Source: a virus. From it: a stretch of DNA of 64,000 nt. The DNA is taken from IMG/VR virus record IMGVR_UViG_3300043425_000861. One strand, 5' to 3'. Positions within the stretch are counted from its first letter, which is position 1, and each line of letters begins with the position of its first letter. A model generated the notes under the pieces. It made no database searches. It saw only the letters and a program-made list of their open reading frames with translations, and was not told the origin of the DNA. A program made the translations under genes and the position numbers. Below are positions 49,702 to 59,863 of this stretch, one piece after another.

Positions 49702-51105
49702 TATCATTCTACTACCAATCAAGAAATTACTCAAAAATGGTGAGCCCGGTGCAGTGTTACCACTTAATTTATAATTCACACTAAGGCCAAATCTTTTACT
49801 TATTTTATAATCAAAAGAAGAACCTAATAGGAATCCCATATGTCTATTTACAGTTGTTGTTTGAGCATCACTATTATATGATATAGGTGCAAACATAGTG
49901 AATATCTGTGGTGATATTGATAATTTTCTACTATATTGAAATGGTTTAGTCCAAAACGCAACAACTGATGTTGACATATTATGGTTAAACCTGTTATTTT
50001 CCTCACCCTTCAATAATAAATTAATAAGACCTAAATTGTAACCAAATACTCCTTTCTTTTGTGTTGGTTTAATCCACGTATATCCTAATAAGTTCATATA
50101 GTTACCATTCAAATACGCAAATGCACTTGAGTAAGAATGTATCGCATTTAATTTACCATTTGAAAAATCCATCTTAGTATATCCACCACTAACTATAAAT
50201 GTTTTTAAATCACTCATAATCACCGTATTTGCTGAATAACTTTTATCACCCATTAACGAAGATTTGGACACACCTATCGTCATAGATTGTAACCATCTAC
50301 CATCAGGTGATTCTATCGTTGATAAATCTGAAGAAAGTAACATTGGATTAGATACTGCAGCTTTTTCTTTTTTCTTTTCTTCCTTCTTCTCCTCTTTCTT
50401 TTCTTCTTTTTTCTCTTCCGATTTACTTTCTTCTTTTTTCTCTTCTTTCGATTCTGATTTAGTTTCTTCTTTCTTTTCTTCACTCTTACTTTCGGATTTT
50501 GATTCACTCTTTGTTTCGGATTTAGTTTCGGTTTTTGTTTCCGTCTTACTTTCAGATGAACTACTCGAACTTTGTGATGAAGATGATGAAGAACTACCCC
50601 CACTTTGTGATGAACTACCACTAGCAGGTGGTGGAGTTGAACTACTTTGTGTTGGTGGAGGTGTTGTTGGTGGAGGTGTCGATGCCGCAGAACTTGCAGC
50701 GGCAGAACTCGCGGAACTACTTGCTGCTGAACTTGCAGATGACGATGCTGCAGAACTTGCCGCTGATGAAGCCGCGGACGATGCCGCTGCGGTTGCGGTG
50801 GCGGCTGCAGCATTTGTAACAGCCTGTTGTACTACAGGATTATTTATAACAGGACAAGTTAATGATTCATATGTGGTTTTTGTTGATAACAACCAACTCT
50901 GTACAACCCCCGTTTGAACTTCTAAAGGTGTAAACGTTCTTACTTGACTATAGAAAGATACAGTTGCATACCCATTAATCATAGTTGTGGTTGCTATCTT
51001 TTTTTCGCCAGTACATTTATCAACAAAACTCTGAGTATAGGTTTGACCAAAGAGTTTAATTGATGTTAGTGTCACAAATAAAATTAATAGGGTTATCTTT
51101 TTCAA
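49696..51105 (-). CDS. Exported protein with low-complexity stalk and probable C-terminal outer-membrane beta-barrel
   Basis: Signal peptide; Ala/Ser, Pro and Glu/Lys tracts; about 210 aa of alternating amphipathic strands. Confidence 0.6.
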   Translation of the reverse strand: MKKITLLILFVTLTSIKLFGQTYTQSFVDKCTGEKKIATTTMINGYATVSFYSQVRTFTPLEVQTGVVQSWLLSTKTTYESLTCPVINNPVVQQAVTNAAAATATAAASSAASSAASSAASSSASSAASSSASSAAASSAASTPPPTTPPPTQSSSTPPPASGSSSQSGGSSSSSSSQSSSSSSESKTETKTETKSETKSESKSESKSEEKKEETKSESKEEKKEESKSEEKKEEKKEEKKEEKKKEKAAVSNPMLLSSDLSTIESPDGRWLQSMTIGVSKSSLMGDKSYSANTVIMSDLKTFIVSGGYTKMDFSNGKLNAIHSYSSAFAYLNGNYMNLLGYTWIKPTQKKGVFGYNLGLINLLLKGEENNRFNHNMSTSVVAFWTKPFQYSRKLSISPQIFTMFAPISYNSDAQTTTVNRHMGFLLGSSFDYKISKRFGLSVNYKLSGNTAPGSPFLSNFLIGSRMIL

Positions 51106-51111
51106 CTATTT

Positions 51112-51864
51112 CTATTCTTGTTGTAATCGATTATTATAGTCATCAATACTAAATGGTGTGTACAATGAATATCTAACATTATCAGAATTATTTTTAGTTA
51201 CTTCGTGATAATAATTGTATTTCATATGGTCTAATAAAATAATTTTATTAAAATCAGGAACAAACTCTATAGTTTCATTTTCCTTATGCACTTTTAATAT
51301 TGAACCATCTTCATATGTTCTACCTTTATTTAAAAAAAATAAAATTGTAAAATATCTATTATTTGCCGTAGGACCATCGGTATGGTTCACAATAAATGAA
51401 TCTTTAGGATACACATTAAAATGACCAAATAAAACATCTTTGAATGTCACTTCTTTTTTAAATAAATCAGTTAATATAAATCTAAATGCTTTATCATATA
51501 ATTTAATAATTCTACTATTCATTAATTCATCATCTCTATGTGTTAATAAGAAATTAAAATAATCATAGTCAGTATGAAATAGATTTTTATCATTTACATT
51601 TAAACCAACCTCATCATTTATCTTTGCCAATAATTTAAAATCCTCATAATTTAAAGAATTACTTGTAACCATTTTCTCAAATTCTTCGGGATGTTTATTT
51701 TTCATAGCATCTTGTATTTTTTTAGACCATTGTAAAAATCCCAAAGATGAATTTATTTTACTCAAATCAATTTTAAAATCGGCAACCAATTCTGACAATT
51801 CATTGTATTCGTCAATTGTTAGAACGTCCTTCATTTCATATATTTTCAAATCAAAATCTAACAT
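51112..51864 (-). CDS. 2OG-Fe(II) oxygenase
   Basis: HTD...R..T..FFLN...G...HEV......RYS motifs. Confidence 0.85.
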   Translation of the reverse strand: MLDFDLKIYEMKDVLTIDEYNELSELVADFKIDLSKINSSLGFLQWSKKIQDAMKNKHPEEFEKMVTSNSLNYEDFKLLAKINDEVGLNVNDKNLFHTDYDYFNFLLTHRDDELMNSRIIKLYDKAFRFILTDLFKKEVTFKDVLFGHFNVYPKDSFIVNHTDGPTANNRYFTILFFLNKGRTYEDGSILKVHKENETIEFVPDFNKIILLDHMKYNYYHEVTKNNSDNVRYSLYTPFSIDDYNNRLQQE

Positions 51865-51877
51865 AAAGTGTTTTTAT

Positions 51878-52699
51878 TTACTTGTTATTTAAACCAATTG
51901 ATATTTGATTAAAATTTCTTATCGGGTCCCTATCAACTCTCAACGTAAAAAATTTAAAATCTCTTATAATTCCAAATTTAAATGTTGTGAAATTTGAATT
52001 GGACTTAGGAAACGATATACCACCAAGAGCATCTCTTCCTTGATATCTAATCACTTCATTACCAAATCCAATCATTCCGTGAACACCCATTTTACGAAAC
52101 CTTTTACCTCCACCTAAATAAAATGTACCCTGTTTAATAAAATCATTATTACTTAGTGGAAAATCTACTTCATTAATTCTACCGTATGGGTAATATTGGT
52201 TTTGGTCAATATCATATGACATTGTATAATCTAATATCAAATAACCTTTCTTTTTTCCTGCAATACCCCAAAATGACACTTGTTTATTATTTGTATAACC
52301 AACACCAAATGAAGTATAAACCGATTCACGTCTAATAGTATCTCTTTTACCATTTTCATATACGTGAATTACACTTCTTTGTCTCCACCCAAAGTCATCG
52401 TACCAAATGTAAGGAAATGGTTGATACCAACCCCAATTTCCCCAATAGTACCCAAATTGGTTAGGTCTTCCCCAATTTTGAATTCTAACTCTACCACGAG
52501 GGTCTGGTTGTGATGGTCGCGGTGATTCATTTCTCCATCTACTAACATCATTTCTTTGAGGAACTGATGGTTGTACTCTTGGTGTCTCAACTCTTTGTTG
52601 AGGGGGATTATTTCTCCAAGAACTAACTTGTGAAAATGATAATGTTGTTACAGATAATAATAGGATTACTAAACCTGTGATTAATGAATTTTTTCTCAT
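51878..52699 (-). CDS. Exported protein, probable small outer-membrane beta-barrel
   Basis: Signal peptide, Pro/Arg-rich then Trp/Tyr/Gly-rich segment, C-terminal amphipathic strands. Confidence 0.55.
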   Translation of the reverse strand: MRKNSLITGLVILLLSVTTLSFSQVSSWRNNPPQQRVETPRVQPSVPQRNDVSRWRNESPRPSQPDPRGRVRIQNWGRPNQFGYYWGNWGWYQPFPYIWYDDFGWRQRSVIHVYENGKRDTIRRESVYTSFGVGYTNNKQVSFWGIAGKKKGYLILDYTMSYDIDQNQYYPYGRINEVDFPLSNNDFIKQGTFYLGGGKRFRKMGVHGMIGFGNEVIRYQGRDALGGISFPKSNSNFTTFKFGIIRDFKFFTLRVDRDPIRNFNQISIGLNNK

Positions 52700-52875
52700 A
52701 TACTTTTAGTTAAAATTGTGGTTAATAAATAACCTGTTATTATTGGTGCTGGAGTGAAAATTAAAAAGAAGAATAAAAGTCTCCAAATTAACGGGTCAAT
52801 GTTAGTATGATGACCTAATCCCTCACAAACTCCAAAAAACACTTTATTGTCTCTAACTCTATAAAACTTTTTCAT
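52696..52875 (-). CDS. pspC: PspC-domain membrane protein (59 aa, not in ORF track)
   Basis: MKKFYRVRDNKVFFGVCEGLGHHTNIDPLIWRLLF...GYLL matches the PspC consensus; ATGA overlap with the next gene. Confidence 0.85.
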   Translation of the reverse strand: MKKFYRVRDNKVFFGVCEGLGHHTNIDPLIWRLLFFFLIFTPAPIITGYLLTTILTKSI

Positions 52876-52939
52876 ATCTTATAAATATAAAAAAAGGGGT
52901 CTTTAAACCCCTTCATTTTAAAATATGTCTTTTTTTGTG

Positions 52940-53662
52940 TTATTTTTGAAAAATACCCTTTTTAACCATTCTATCTAAAATTCTAGCACAAGCAATATCT
53001 AATGCTTTTTTAGTTGCTATGGATATTGTGGATTGATTGAATTTTACAGGGTCAACAGTAGCGTCCGATAGAAGAGTTAATTCTCTTGTTGTTTTAGCCT
53101 CACCTAATCCTGAAGCTCCGAAAACTACACCGGTTTCTGCGTTTGTAAAACGAACTTGTAGACCGATACGAGTAACCATTAAGTTTTTTACCCCATCTTT
53201 TAAATTAACAGTTTCATCTTCTGATACTGAATAATCGTAACATTCAACGGTCACAAAATATTCTGCCAAATTAATTTTACCCCTACCATCCAATTTGTTT
53301 TCAGAAATGCCAGCTTGAGATGCTTGGAATTGTTTTACCATTCTGTTTTTTATCTCCGTCTTGTCTTCAGTAAATTTGAAACGATTAAGATTTTCCAAAT
53401 ATTCCATAGTGATATTTGCAACACCTAATCCCACTCTTTTCTCCTTTAACTCAGGATACATTTCATACATCTCGTCTGATATACCCGCCTTTAGAATTTG
53501 AATAGGAATTTGTTTTCCGTCATAATCCAAGAATTGTGAGATGTCAATTGCAGTCTCAAAAGATGCTTTATATTGCTCCGTTTGGGTTTTACCAACTGTT
53601 TGTCCAAATGAGGTTATACTAACAAGTATAATACCTAAAAGTAAAAATATTTTTTTCATCAT
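52940..53662 (-). CDS. CsgG/HfaB-family envelope protein
   Basis: Signal peptide; L...NRF...E...........Q.G........G....AEY.V.....Y...QVR..NAETG.V pattern. Confidence 0.75.
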   Translation of the reverse strand: MMKKIFLLLGIILVSITSFGQTVGKTQTEQYKASFETAIDISQFLDYDGKQIPIQILKAGISDEMYEMYPELKEKRVGLGVANITMEYLENLNRFKFTEDKTEIKNRMVKQFQASQAGISENKLDGRGKINLAEYFVTVECYDYSVSEDETVNLKDGVKNLMVTRIGLQVRFTNAETGVVFGASGLGEAKTTRELTLLSDATVDPVKFNQSTISIATKKALDIACARILDRMVKKGIFQK

Positions 53663-53665
53663 TTT

Positions 53666-53890
53666 TTATTTTGGTCCTTCATACCATATGTTATCGGGGT
53701 CGTTTTTAAAATTACCATCAATTTTCCAACTTACTTTTCTTGATATTTCACCCGCTCTTTCTTCTTGACCAGAAAATTGTAAGTAAACAAAGAATACTTG
53801 TACTGTTAATGCTAATGTAACCCAAATGAGGCCAAGTGCTAAGAAACCTTGCACCATTTTTTCCTCAATTTTTTTTAAAATTGTTGTCAT
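53666..53890 (-). CDS. Small single-TM protein
   Basis: One hydrophobic helix; directly upstream of the CsgG-like gene. Confidence 0.6.
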   Translation of the reverse strand: MTTILKKIEEKMVQGFLALGLIWVTLALTVQVFFVYLQFSGQEERAGEISRKVSWKIDGNFKNDPDNIWYEGPK

Positions 53891-53917
53891 AAATTTAGTT
53901 TTTTTGTCAATGCCCTA

Positions 53918-54193
53918 TTATCCTTCAGATTCTGTTTCAGAATCTAATTTATTTTTGTCGTGTTCAGCTTTTCTATTGATATATTTGTCAACCGATGCAA
54001 TACCAAATGAACCTAAAGTAATCACTAAAAATCCGTTGAAAATATATTCATTGATTAATAATTCCTTACCCATCCAACCTGTTACCAAGTCTACGAATAA
54101 TGCAATTACCATCATTGTGAATGATAAGAATCCAACCACCGATTTTTCGTTAATATCGTTATTGTCTTTAAAAAGTTCTTTAAGAAATCCCAT
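53918..54193 (-). CDS. Two-TM membrane protein (holin-like)
   Basis: Two hydrophobic helices and a charged tail. Confidence 0.55.
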   Translation of the reverse strand: MGFLKELFKDNNDINEKSVVGFLSFTMMVIALFVDLVTGWMGKELLINEYIFNGFLVITLGSFGIASVDKYINRKAEHDKNKLDSETESEG

Positions 54194-54223
54194 AGTTTTG
54201 TTTTTTTGTTGTTTTATTTATTA

Positions 54224-54853
54224 TTAACCTTCCATTTCTTCAGGTTCAGGGTCCTTAATTTTTCCACACTTAAGACATTCCTCATCTCCATCCCCGTCCA
54301 AATCACCCCAAACGTGCTCACATTGTCTATGTGCGAAGTATTCGTCAATCTTACCATCACCATCAAAATCTAAACCATCCATAACACCGTCACCGTCCTC
54401 ATCAACTTCAACACCAACTTTGGTTTCAGGTTTGAAAGGACTTTCGATATGTTGTGGATTATTTGGTTCTGACTGTACATCTACTTGTGATGTTGACTCA
54501 GATAATACCAATGGAGTGGTTGACATAGGTACAATTGGGTTGTTTGGCATATCTGCAGTATTTGATAGTGAAGTACCATCTTCTTCGTCCATTTTTTGAA
54601 CTAACATCTTATCCTTATCAGTATCACTGAACCAATAGTCAATGATTTTACCATAAGAACCAATGAAAGCACCCAACAATAAAAGAAGAAGTTCCTTCCA
54701 CTCACCCTCAATTGCGGATTTATTTAGAATTGCTCCAAATATCCCCATTATGATTATCATAAATCCTCCTAATACGATGGCTGTGATGAACCATCTACGT
54801 TTCATCATATTAGCTAATAATTCTTTAAATCCACCTGATTGTTCTTCTTTCAT
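54224..54853 (-). CDS. Two-TM protein with DxDGDG Ca-binding repeats and a Zn-ribbon-like tail
   Basis: DEDGDG, DFDGDG, DLDGDG; CEHVW...CLKCG. Confidence 0.6.
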   Translation of the reverse strand: MKEEQSGGFKELLANMMKRRWFITAIVLGGFMIIIMGIFGAILNKSAIEGEWKELLLLLLGAFIGSYGKIIDYWFSDTDKDKMLVQKMDEEDGTSLSNTADMPNNPIVPMSTTPLVLSESTSQVDVQSEPNNPQHIESPFKPETKVGVEVDEDGDGVMDGLDFDGDGKIDEYFAHRQCEHVWGDLDGDGDEECLKCGKIKDPEPEEMEG

Positions 54854-54859
54854 ATTAAA

Positions 54860-55180
54860 TTACCATTTTGGGGCTTCCTCTTTAAATTCATCACCTTCTT
54901 TTTTCTTAACCGGTTTTGCAGGTTCTTTAACGGTTTCTTTTTCTTTAATAATAACAGTTTTACCTCCACCACCTGAAGCCTGTTGAGCTTGTTGGTTTGA
55001 GTTTGTAATGTTAATTACAGGTGCTGCTTGTTGTACAGGTGCAGGCTCGTCCCCACCTCCTGTTATTTGAGTTACACCCCAAGTTCCTAAACCCATAACT
55101 GCGGTTGTTGCAACACCGATAATAGTCTTTTTTAAACCCGACCAAGTACCATCATTGTTTTGTTCTAATTCTTCTGACAT
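54860..55180 (-). CDS. Small single-TM protein
   Basis: One TM helix and a low-complexity tail. Confidence 0.55.
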   Translation of the reverse strand: MSEELEQNNDGTWSGLKKTIIGVATTAVMGLGTWGVTQITGGGDEPAPVQQAAPVINITNSNQQAQQASGGGGKTVIIKEKETVKEPAKPVKKKEGDEFKEEAPKW

Positions 55181-55198
55181 TGTATTATATTTAATTTT

Positions 55199-55573
55199 TT
55201 AGTTTATTTTATTAAAATCTGTTATACCCATTTCCTTACCATTCATATCATAAAACCCAATTCTATAGGCTGATGATGGTAAAGCTGATGTATATACTTT
55301 AAGTACGTTATCTCCCACTTTTAAAGTGACATTTTCTTTCGAAACCACTTTATTTGAAATATCAAATATTTTGATTGTTACTGAACCCCCAACCTCACTT
55401 TTAACGTTCATTGCAACTTCAGAAGTTACAAACGCTGATTGTAATTTAATACCTACTGAACTAGCAATTTTTAATTCAGGAGTAACTTCTTGTGCGTTAA
55501 TTGGTAAAATGTCATCTTTATAACACCCCGTAAGGGTAAATAGTACAAATACCGTTAAGATTAGTTTTTTCAT
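55199..55573 (-). CDS. Lipoprotein consisting of a T9SS type-A CTD-like domain
   Basis: LTGC lipobox; VTIKIFDISNKVV......GDN......SALPSSAY.I pattern. Confidence 0.65.
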   Translation of the reverse strand: MKKLILTVFVLFTLTGCYKDDILPINAQEVTPELKIASSVGIKLQSAFVTSEVAMNVKSEVGGSVTIKIFDISNKVVSKENVTLKVGDNVLKVYTSALPSSAYRIGFYDMNGKEMGITDFNKIN

Positions 55574-55574
55574 T

Positions 55575-55919
55575 TTAGTTTAGTGTTAGTTTTGTCTTAC
55601 TTATTTGGGTTTTGTCTTCCGAAGCAAGTATCAAATATAAATACTTCGACATTATGGATTTGGTATATATTTTCTTCACATTTTCGCCGGATTGGCCCCT
55701 AAATTTTTCCCGACTAATAACTTGTCCTGTCTGAACGTCAACAAACGTTAGGGTATAAATTCCCGAGGACGGTAGGTCAAAATATATGGACTGACCGTTA
55801 ATAACAGTACTCTCACCCACAGTAAATATTTTCTCAACAGGAGGTGGGGTAGGTTCTATCTCCATTTTTGTACAGCCCCATAGTAAAATCACAAATATTA
55901 ATATTATTAGTTTTTTCAT
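55575..55919 (-). CDS. Lipoprotein, paralogous CTD-like Ig domain
   Basis: LWGC lipobox; YTLTFVDVQTGQVI......GEN...IYT..I pattern. Confidence 0.55.
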   Translation of the reverse strand: MKKLIILIFVILLWGCTKMEIEPTPPPVEKIFTVGESTVINGQSIYFDLPSSGIYTLTFVDVQTGQVISREKFRGQSGENVKKIYTKSIMSKYLYLILASEDKTQISKTKLTLN

Positions 55920-58210
55920 TATTGTATATTAATTTTTAATGTGGTTCCATTCTTATTTACTGCGTCAGTTGTTGATATTGATGTTAGACCCAAAATACCA
56001 TTAATTCCAATTAATGGAACGAATGTAATTTTATATTCGGTTGTTTTATCCAACGTAGTTGAACCGTCTGTTATCAATGAACCTAATGTTACATATGAAC
56101 CCCTGTCAGTCCCAAAATTGGTCGGATTTCCTTTTGTTAGAAATTCTACTTTTTCAAATCCTAACGCGGTTTTATCATAATTTAATTGAAATTGAGTTCC
56201 AACCACTTCTTGTTGTAATGGGTCCAATGATATTGTTACAACCACCTTACCACCTATATTTTCACTCATTAGATAAGCGTTTATTTGATTAGAAACTGAT
56301 GAACTCATAGTTGATAAACTCATAGTTCTAATTGAATTGATTGCAACACCACTTGTTGTTTGTCGTGCTGAGTGAGATAAGTTTACATCACCTACCCAAG
56401 TCACATTTACGTTGTAAGTGTTATTCAACGTACCACTATTCAAATTAAATGGGTACAAACTTCTTGTTGAGTTAAATTGATTACTCCAATTGGATTTAGT
56501 TATTGCATCATATTCAGTTTTACCATATAATTTCAACAAATAAGTCAAAGTAGAATATTGTGTTAGCGGTGCAACCCCTGTTAAATGTTGTAATAATTTG
56601 TAAGTATCTGCTTCATTAAAAATACCATTACCATCTACATCTGCGTTCATAAATTGAATACCCGATGTAAATTCTAATCCGCTTTGGTCTCCAAATATCC
56701 CACCATTTGATAATTCCTTAAATGCTATAAACACATCCGATACAGTTACAATACTATTATATAAAGTGTTTAATTCGGTTTGATTGGTATATGATAAATC
56801 AATCCCGTGTTGTTTAAATACCATATTTGGTGTGAATGTAAATTCCGCACTTAATCCCCAAAAAAATCCTGCTCGTCTTATGTTTGACGTAAATGATGAA
56901 CCCGCGAAATTAAGTTCTGTTGGTGTATAAATCCAATATGCCGCCCAAGTCCCATCATCCCATTGATATGTTACAGGTCCATTCCATAAATCAAATAATT
57001 GTAAATTTGTGACACCACTTGCTGAAGTACCTTGTGGAAACTCTCTTTTATCAATTAAAATTTGATATCTTTGATTTTGAGATTCGTAATCATATACGAC
57101 ACACCATTCTACTTGCCCACCTGTTGTTGTTGCTTTAACACCACCACCATTTATTTTTGTGGTATCTAAATCGTTTGTTAAATCAACTTTACCTAATCCA
57201 CTTATCGCTCTTGATGTATTAGTTGTTGTTCCCCACACATTGTTTACAAAAGTATTTGCCTTTGCTGTAAATTTTGTTTCATCCACATTACCACCAAAGT
57301 CAAAATTAAATCGTGCAGTTAAAACTTCTCCGTTTGAATGTGTTACTGAATTTGTATAGAATTCTGTAAATGTTGCGTTATCAGGATTAGTCCAAGTTCC
57401 AAATTCAACCACATATGGATTTACAAAATTTGGTGGTAAGTCATTCCATTGAGAACCATTCCATTTGGTTACCGCATAATCTTCATTTCCACTATTATTT
57501 GGTTCACCCCCTGCCCAGTTGTTGTATTGTCCAACTATGTTTCCAGCGGTTTGGCCGTTTGATGTTTTTATTAGCGTACCGTTTTCAGGGCCAGCATCGA
57601 TTCTCCATTGTCCTTCAACTACTTCATCAGTTAAAGCAAACCATATTTGATTTTGTGGAACGTTGTTGTAAATAAACGCGTCTTCATCAGCAGATGTGAT
57701 TGTCACCAAATATCCAGTCTGTCCTTTAAATGTTTGTTGTGATGAAAGTGTTTTAGCATTAGGGTACGTTGCGCCGGTAGATACTGGCCTATAAAAGTGT
57801 CCGTTTACACCATTATAGAAATATCCTGTTGGGTTTACGGTTGTCGCCACCGATAATGTAACATTACCCTTTACTGACCCGGTATTTACTTTTAAAGATG
57901 CTAATGCTGTATTGATATTAGCCATAGTCCCCGTTACAACTAAACGAGTTTTATTACCTGACAATGTGAATCCACTAGCTGCGGTTAAAGCTGTTGTTGT
58001 GTTTAATACGAATGTCGTACCTGACGGCGGATTTACTAAACTGATAGATGCTAATAGTGTTGCAGTGGAACTAAATCCGTTTAGAACAAATCCACTGGCG
58101 TCTTGTCCTGCTGTGGATTGTAAAAAAGATTTAGAGTCCGGAGCAGATACACTCTGTCCGAACCCTAAAAATGAAATTAGTAAAAAACATATTACTAATA
58201 GTTTCTTCAT
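55919..58210 (-). CDS. Exported C-type-lectin/dockerin-like/cohesin-like protein
   Basis: Signal peptide; GYLVTITSADE..F, WFAL.D...EGQW, YNNWAGGEPNN..NED....W...QWND (CTLD); ADVDGNGIFNEAD (dockerin-like); VGTQFQLNYD...L.F (cohesin-like). Confidence 0.7.
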   Translation of the reverse strand: MKKLLVICFLLISFLGFGQSVSAPDSKSFLQSTAGQDASGFVLNGFSSTATLLASISLVNPPSGTTFVLNTTTALTAASGFTLSGNKTRLVVTGTMANINTALASLKVNTGSVKGNVTLSVATTVNPTGYFYNGVNGHFYRPVSTGATYPNAKTLSSQQTFKGQTGYLVTITSADEDAFIYNNVPQNQIWFALTDEVVEGQWRIDAGPENGTLIKTSNGQTAGNIVGQYNNWAGGEPNNSGNEDYAVTKWNGSQWNDLPPNFVNPYVVEFGTWTNPDNATFTEFYTNSVTHSNGEVLTARFNFDFGGNVDETKFTAKANTFVNNVWGTTTNTSRAISGLGKVDLTNDLDTTKINGGGVKATTTGGQVEWCVVYDYESQNQRYQILIDKREFPQGTSASGVTNLQLFDLWNGPVTYQWDDGTWAAYWIYTPTELNFAGSSFTSNIRRAGFFWGLSAEFTFTPNMVFKQHGIDLSYTNQTELNTLYNSIVTVSDVFIAFKELSNGGIFGDQSGLEFTSGIQFMNADVDGNGIFNEADTYKLLQHLTGVAPLTQYSTLTYLLKLYGKTEYDAITKSNWSNQFNSTRSLYPFNLNSGTLNNTYNVNVTWVGDVNLSHSARQTTSGVAINSIRTMSLSTMSSSVSNQINAYLMSENIGGKVVVTISLDPLQQEVVGTQFQLNYDKTALGFEKVEFLTKGNPTNFGTDRGSYVTLGSLITDGSTTLDKTTEYKITFVPLIGINGILGLTSISTTDAVNKNGTTLKINIQ

Positions 58211-58211
58211 A

Positions 58212-59861
58212 TTACTCGACGATTAAATCAACTTTATTTCCTTTCGCATCAACAGCATCAGATAAAACAAAGTAGAATAAACCGGCGGTATTTGTTAAAG
58301 TTGTTTTTGGTGTGAATACCAACTTATACGGAGTTCCTGTTTTAATTCTCGCAGTTTTCAATTGGTCAATAGAACCGAAAGTTAATCTACCGTCTTTATG
58401 TGTTGAAAAGTTTGTTATTGTTGAACCCGCGTCAAATATCACATTATCCAATGTTAATTTTGATTCGTCATAACTCATAATAACTTCCAATCCTGCCAAT
58501 CCTTCTTTTGTTAAATTTGTGGTTAATACAACTTTGCCATTTTCCAAAGTAGATGTTACACTCAACTTAGCAGTTTCTACCGCTTCAGTTTTATATGACA
58601 TTGATTGTGTTGATATAGTCGACATAGTACCAATTGAATTTACTGAGTTTGTGTATTGTCCGGCACTTATTCTACTAGCAATTACTGCTGGGTCTGATGA
58701 ATGTGACCAGTTTAAGTCACCACCCCACGCGTACACCGCATACACTTCTTTAACAGGAGTATCAATTGTAACTTTATTTTTAATGTTACCATCTAACCAA
58801 TCTTGATTTAATAAACCACTATGCCATCTCCAAGAAGTTGATGTTTGTGTTGGTATAAATGCATTTGTGGAAACATCTTGACCCATAACATATGCGAATG
58901 AATAATATGAATCCGATTCATTAAATACGTTATCGTTTTTAGTGATATTACCAACCTTCTTCTCTAAATTTGGATAAGTGAAGAAGTTCGCAGTTCCTGA
59001 TATATCTGTTTGTGAATGTCCTAAAAACGCTTTGTATGCGTCTGAAACAGTAATGACATTATTCATCCAAGCTTTTTGTGAGGCTGGACTAACAAACACA
59101 CCCAAACTATCACCAACCTTTACTTGTGTTGTAAATAACGCTTCACCTGTTGCATCTAAAGGTAATTGAGCAATCGGTTGTTGTGACCAATCAATAGTAC
59201 CACTACCATCCGTTTTTAATCTCATTAATTGAACATTATGGTCGGTAATTGTATATCCTTGTGGGAATAGAACCTTTACTTTAAATTGTGACGTATTACC
59301 AAGAACACCACTTAATGATATATTTGTTGAACTTCTTGTTATTGGTGATATATTAACAGACGAATCGTTAATTGCATATGACAAATCCAATTTATGAATA
59401 TCATTATATGTGTTTTGGTCTTTTAATATAAATTTTTGAGTTGCAATATCACCATTAATTGATGCGTCAGTTCTTTGAACAGTTAATTGCCCGACATTCC
59501 AATCATTATTTACTGAATATCCCCAAGGAGTTGTGGTGTATTGTGCATATAATTGTGTTTCAGCAACATTTGGTGCCGGTGTAAACTTATAGTTATTCCA
59601 ACCTGTATAGAATGTTTGTGTTGAACTACCTTGAGTGAATACAGTACTGTTCGGTACCATAGACAACGCCTTATTATTAAAAGAATATCTCAACCAAAAA
59701 TATCTTGGTGTTGTTGTTCCTCTAGTTACAGTGTACTTAACTGTTAATGTATCACCAACCTTTAATCCCGTTGTTGGGGTGATAGTTTGATTAACCGTTA
59801 ATTGTGCAAATGATGAAATGGTGGATAATAAAAATACACCGATAATTAATAATTTTTTCAT
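58212..59861 (-). CDS. Exported cohesin-like/dockerin-like/cohesin-like protein
   Basis: Signal peptide; KVGDTLTV...RYSFNNKAL; ITVSDAY...FNESD...GDLNWSHS; LAGLEVIMSYDESKLTL. The C-terminal region is paralogous to 55919-58210. Confidence 0.6.
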   Translation of the reverse strand: MKKLLIIGVFLLSTISSFAQLTVNQTITPTTGLKVGDTLTVKYTVTRGTTTPRYFWLRYSFNNKALSMVPNSTVFTQGSSTQTFYTGWNNYKFTPAPNVAETQLYAQYTTTPWGYSVNNDWNVGQLTVQRTDASINGDIATQKFILKDQNTYNDIHKLDLSYAINDSSVNISPITRSSTNISLSGVLGNTSQFKVKVLFPQGYTITDHNVQLMRLKTDGSGTIDWSQQPIAQLPLDATGEALFTTQVKVGDSLGVFVSPASQKAWMNNVITVSDAYKAFLGHSQTDISGTANFFTYPNLEKKVGNITKNDNVFNESDSYYSFAYVMGQDVSTNAFIPTQTSTSWRWHSGLLNQDWLDGNIKNKVTIDTPVKEVYAVYAWGGDLNWSHSSDPAVIASRISAGQYTNSVNSIGTMSTISTQSMSYKTEAVETAKLSVTSTLENGKVVLTTNLTKEGLAGLEVIMSYDESKLTLDNVIFDAGSTITNFSTHKDGRLTFGSIDQLKTARIKTGTPYKLVFTPKTTLTNTAGLFYFVLSDAVDAKGNKVDLIVE

Positions 59862-59863
59862 TT

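Noticed and set aside
50264-50917. Long antisense or alternative-frame ORFs (also 34346-34807, 37218-37646, 14045-14401)
   Set aside because: Shadows of low-complexity coding sequence on the opposite strand.
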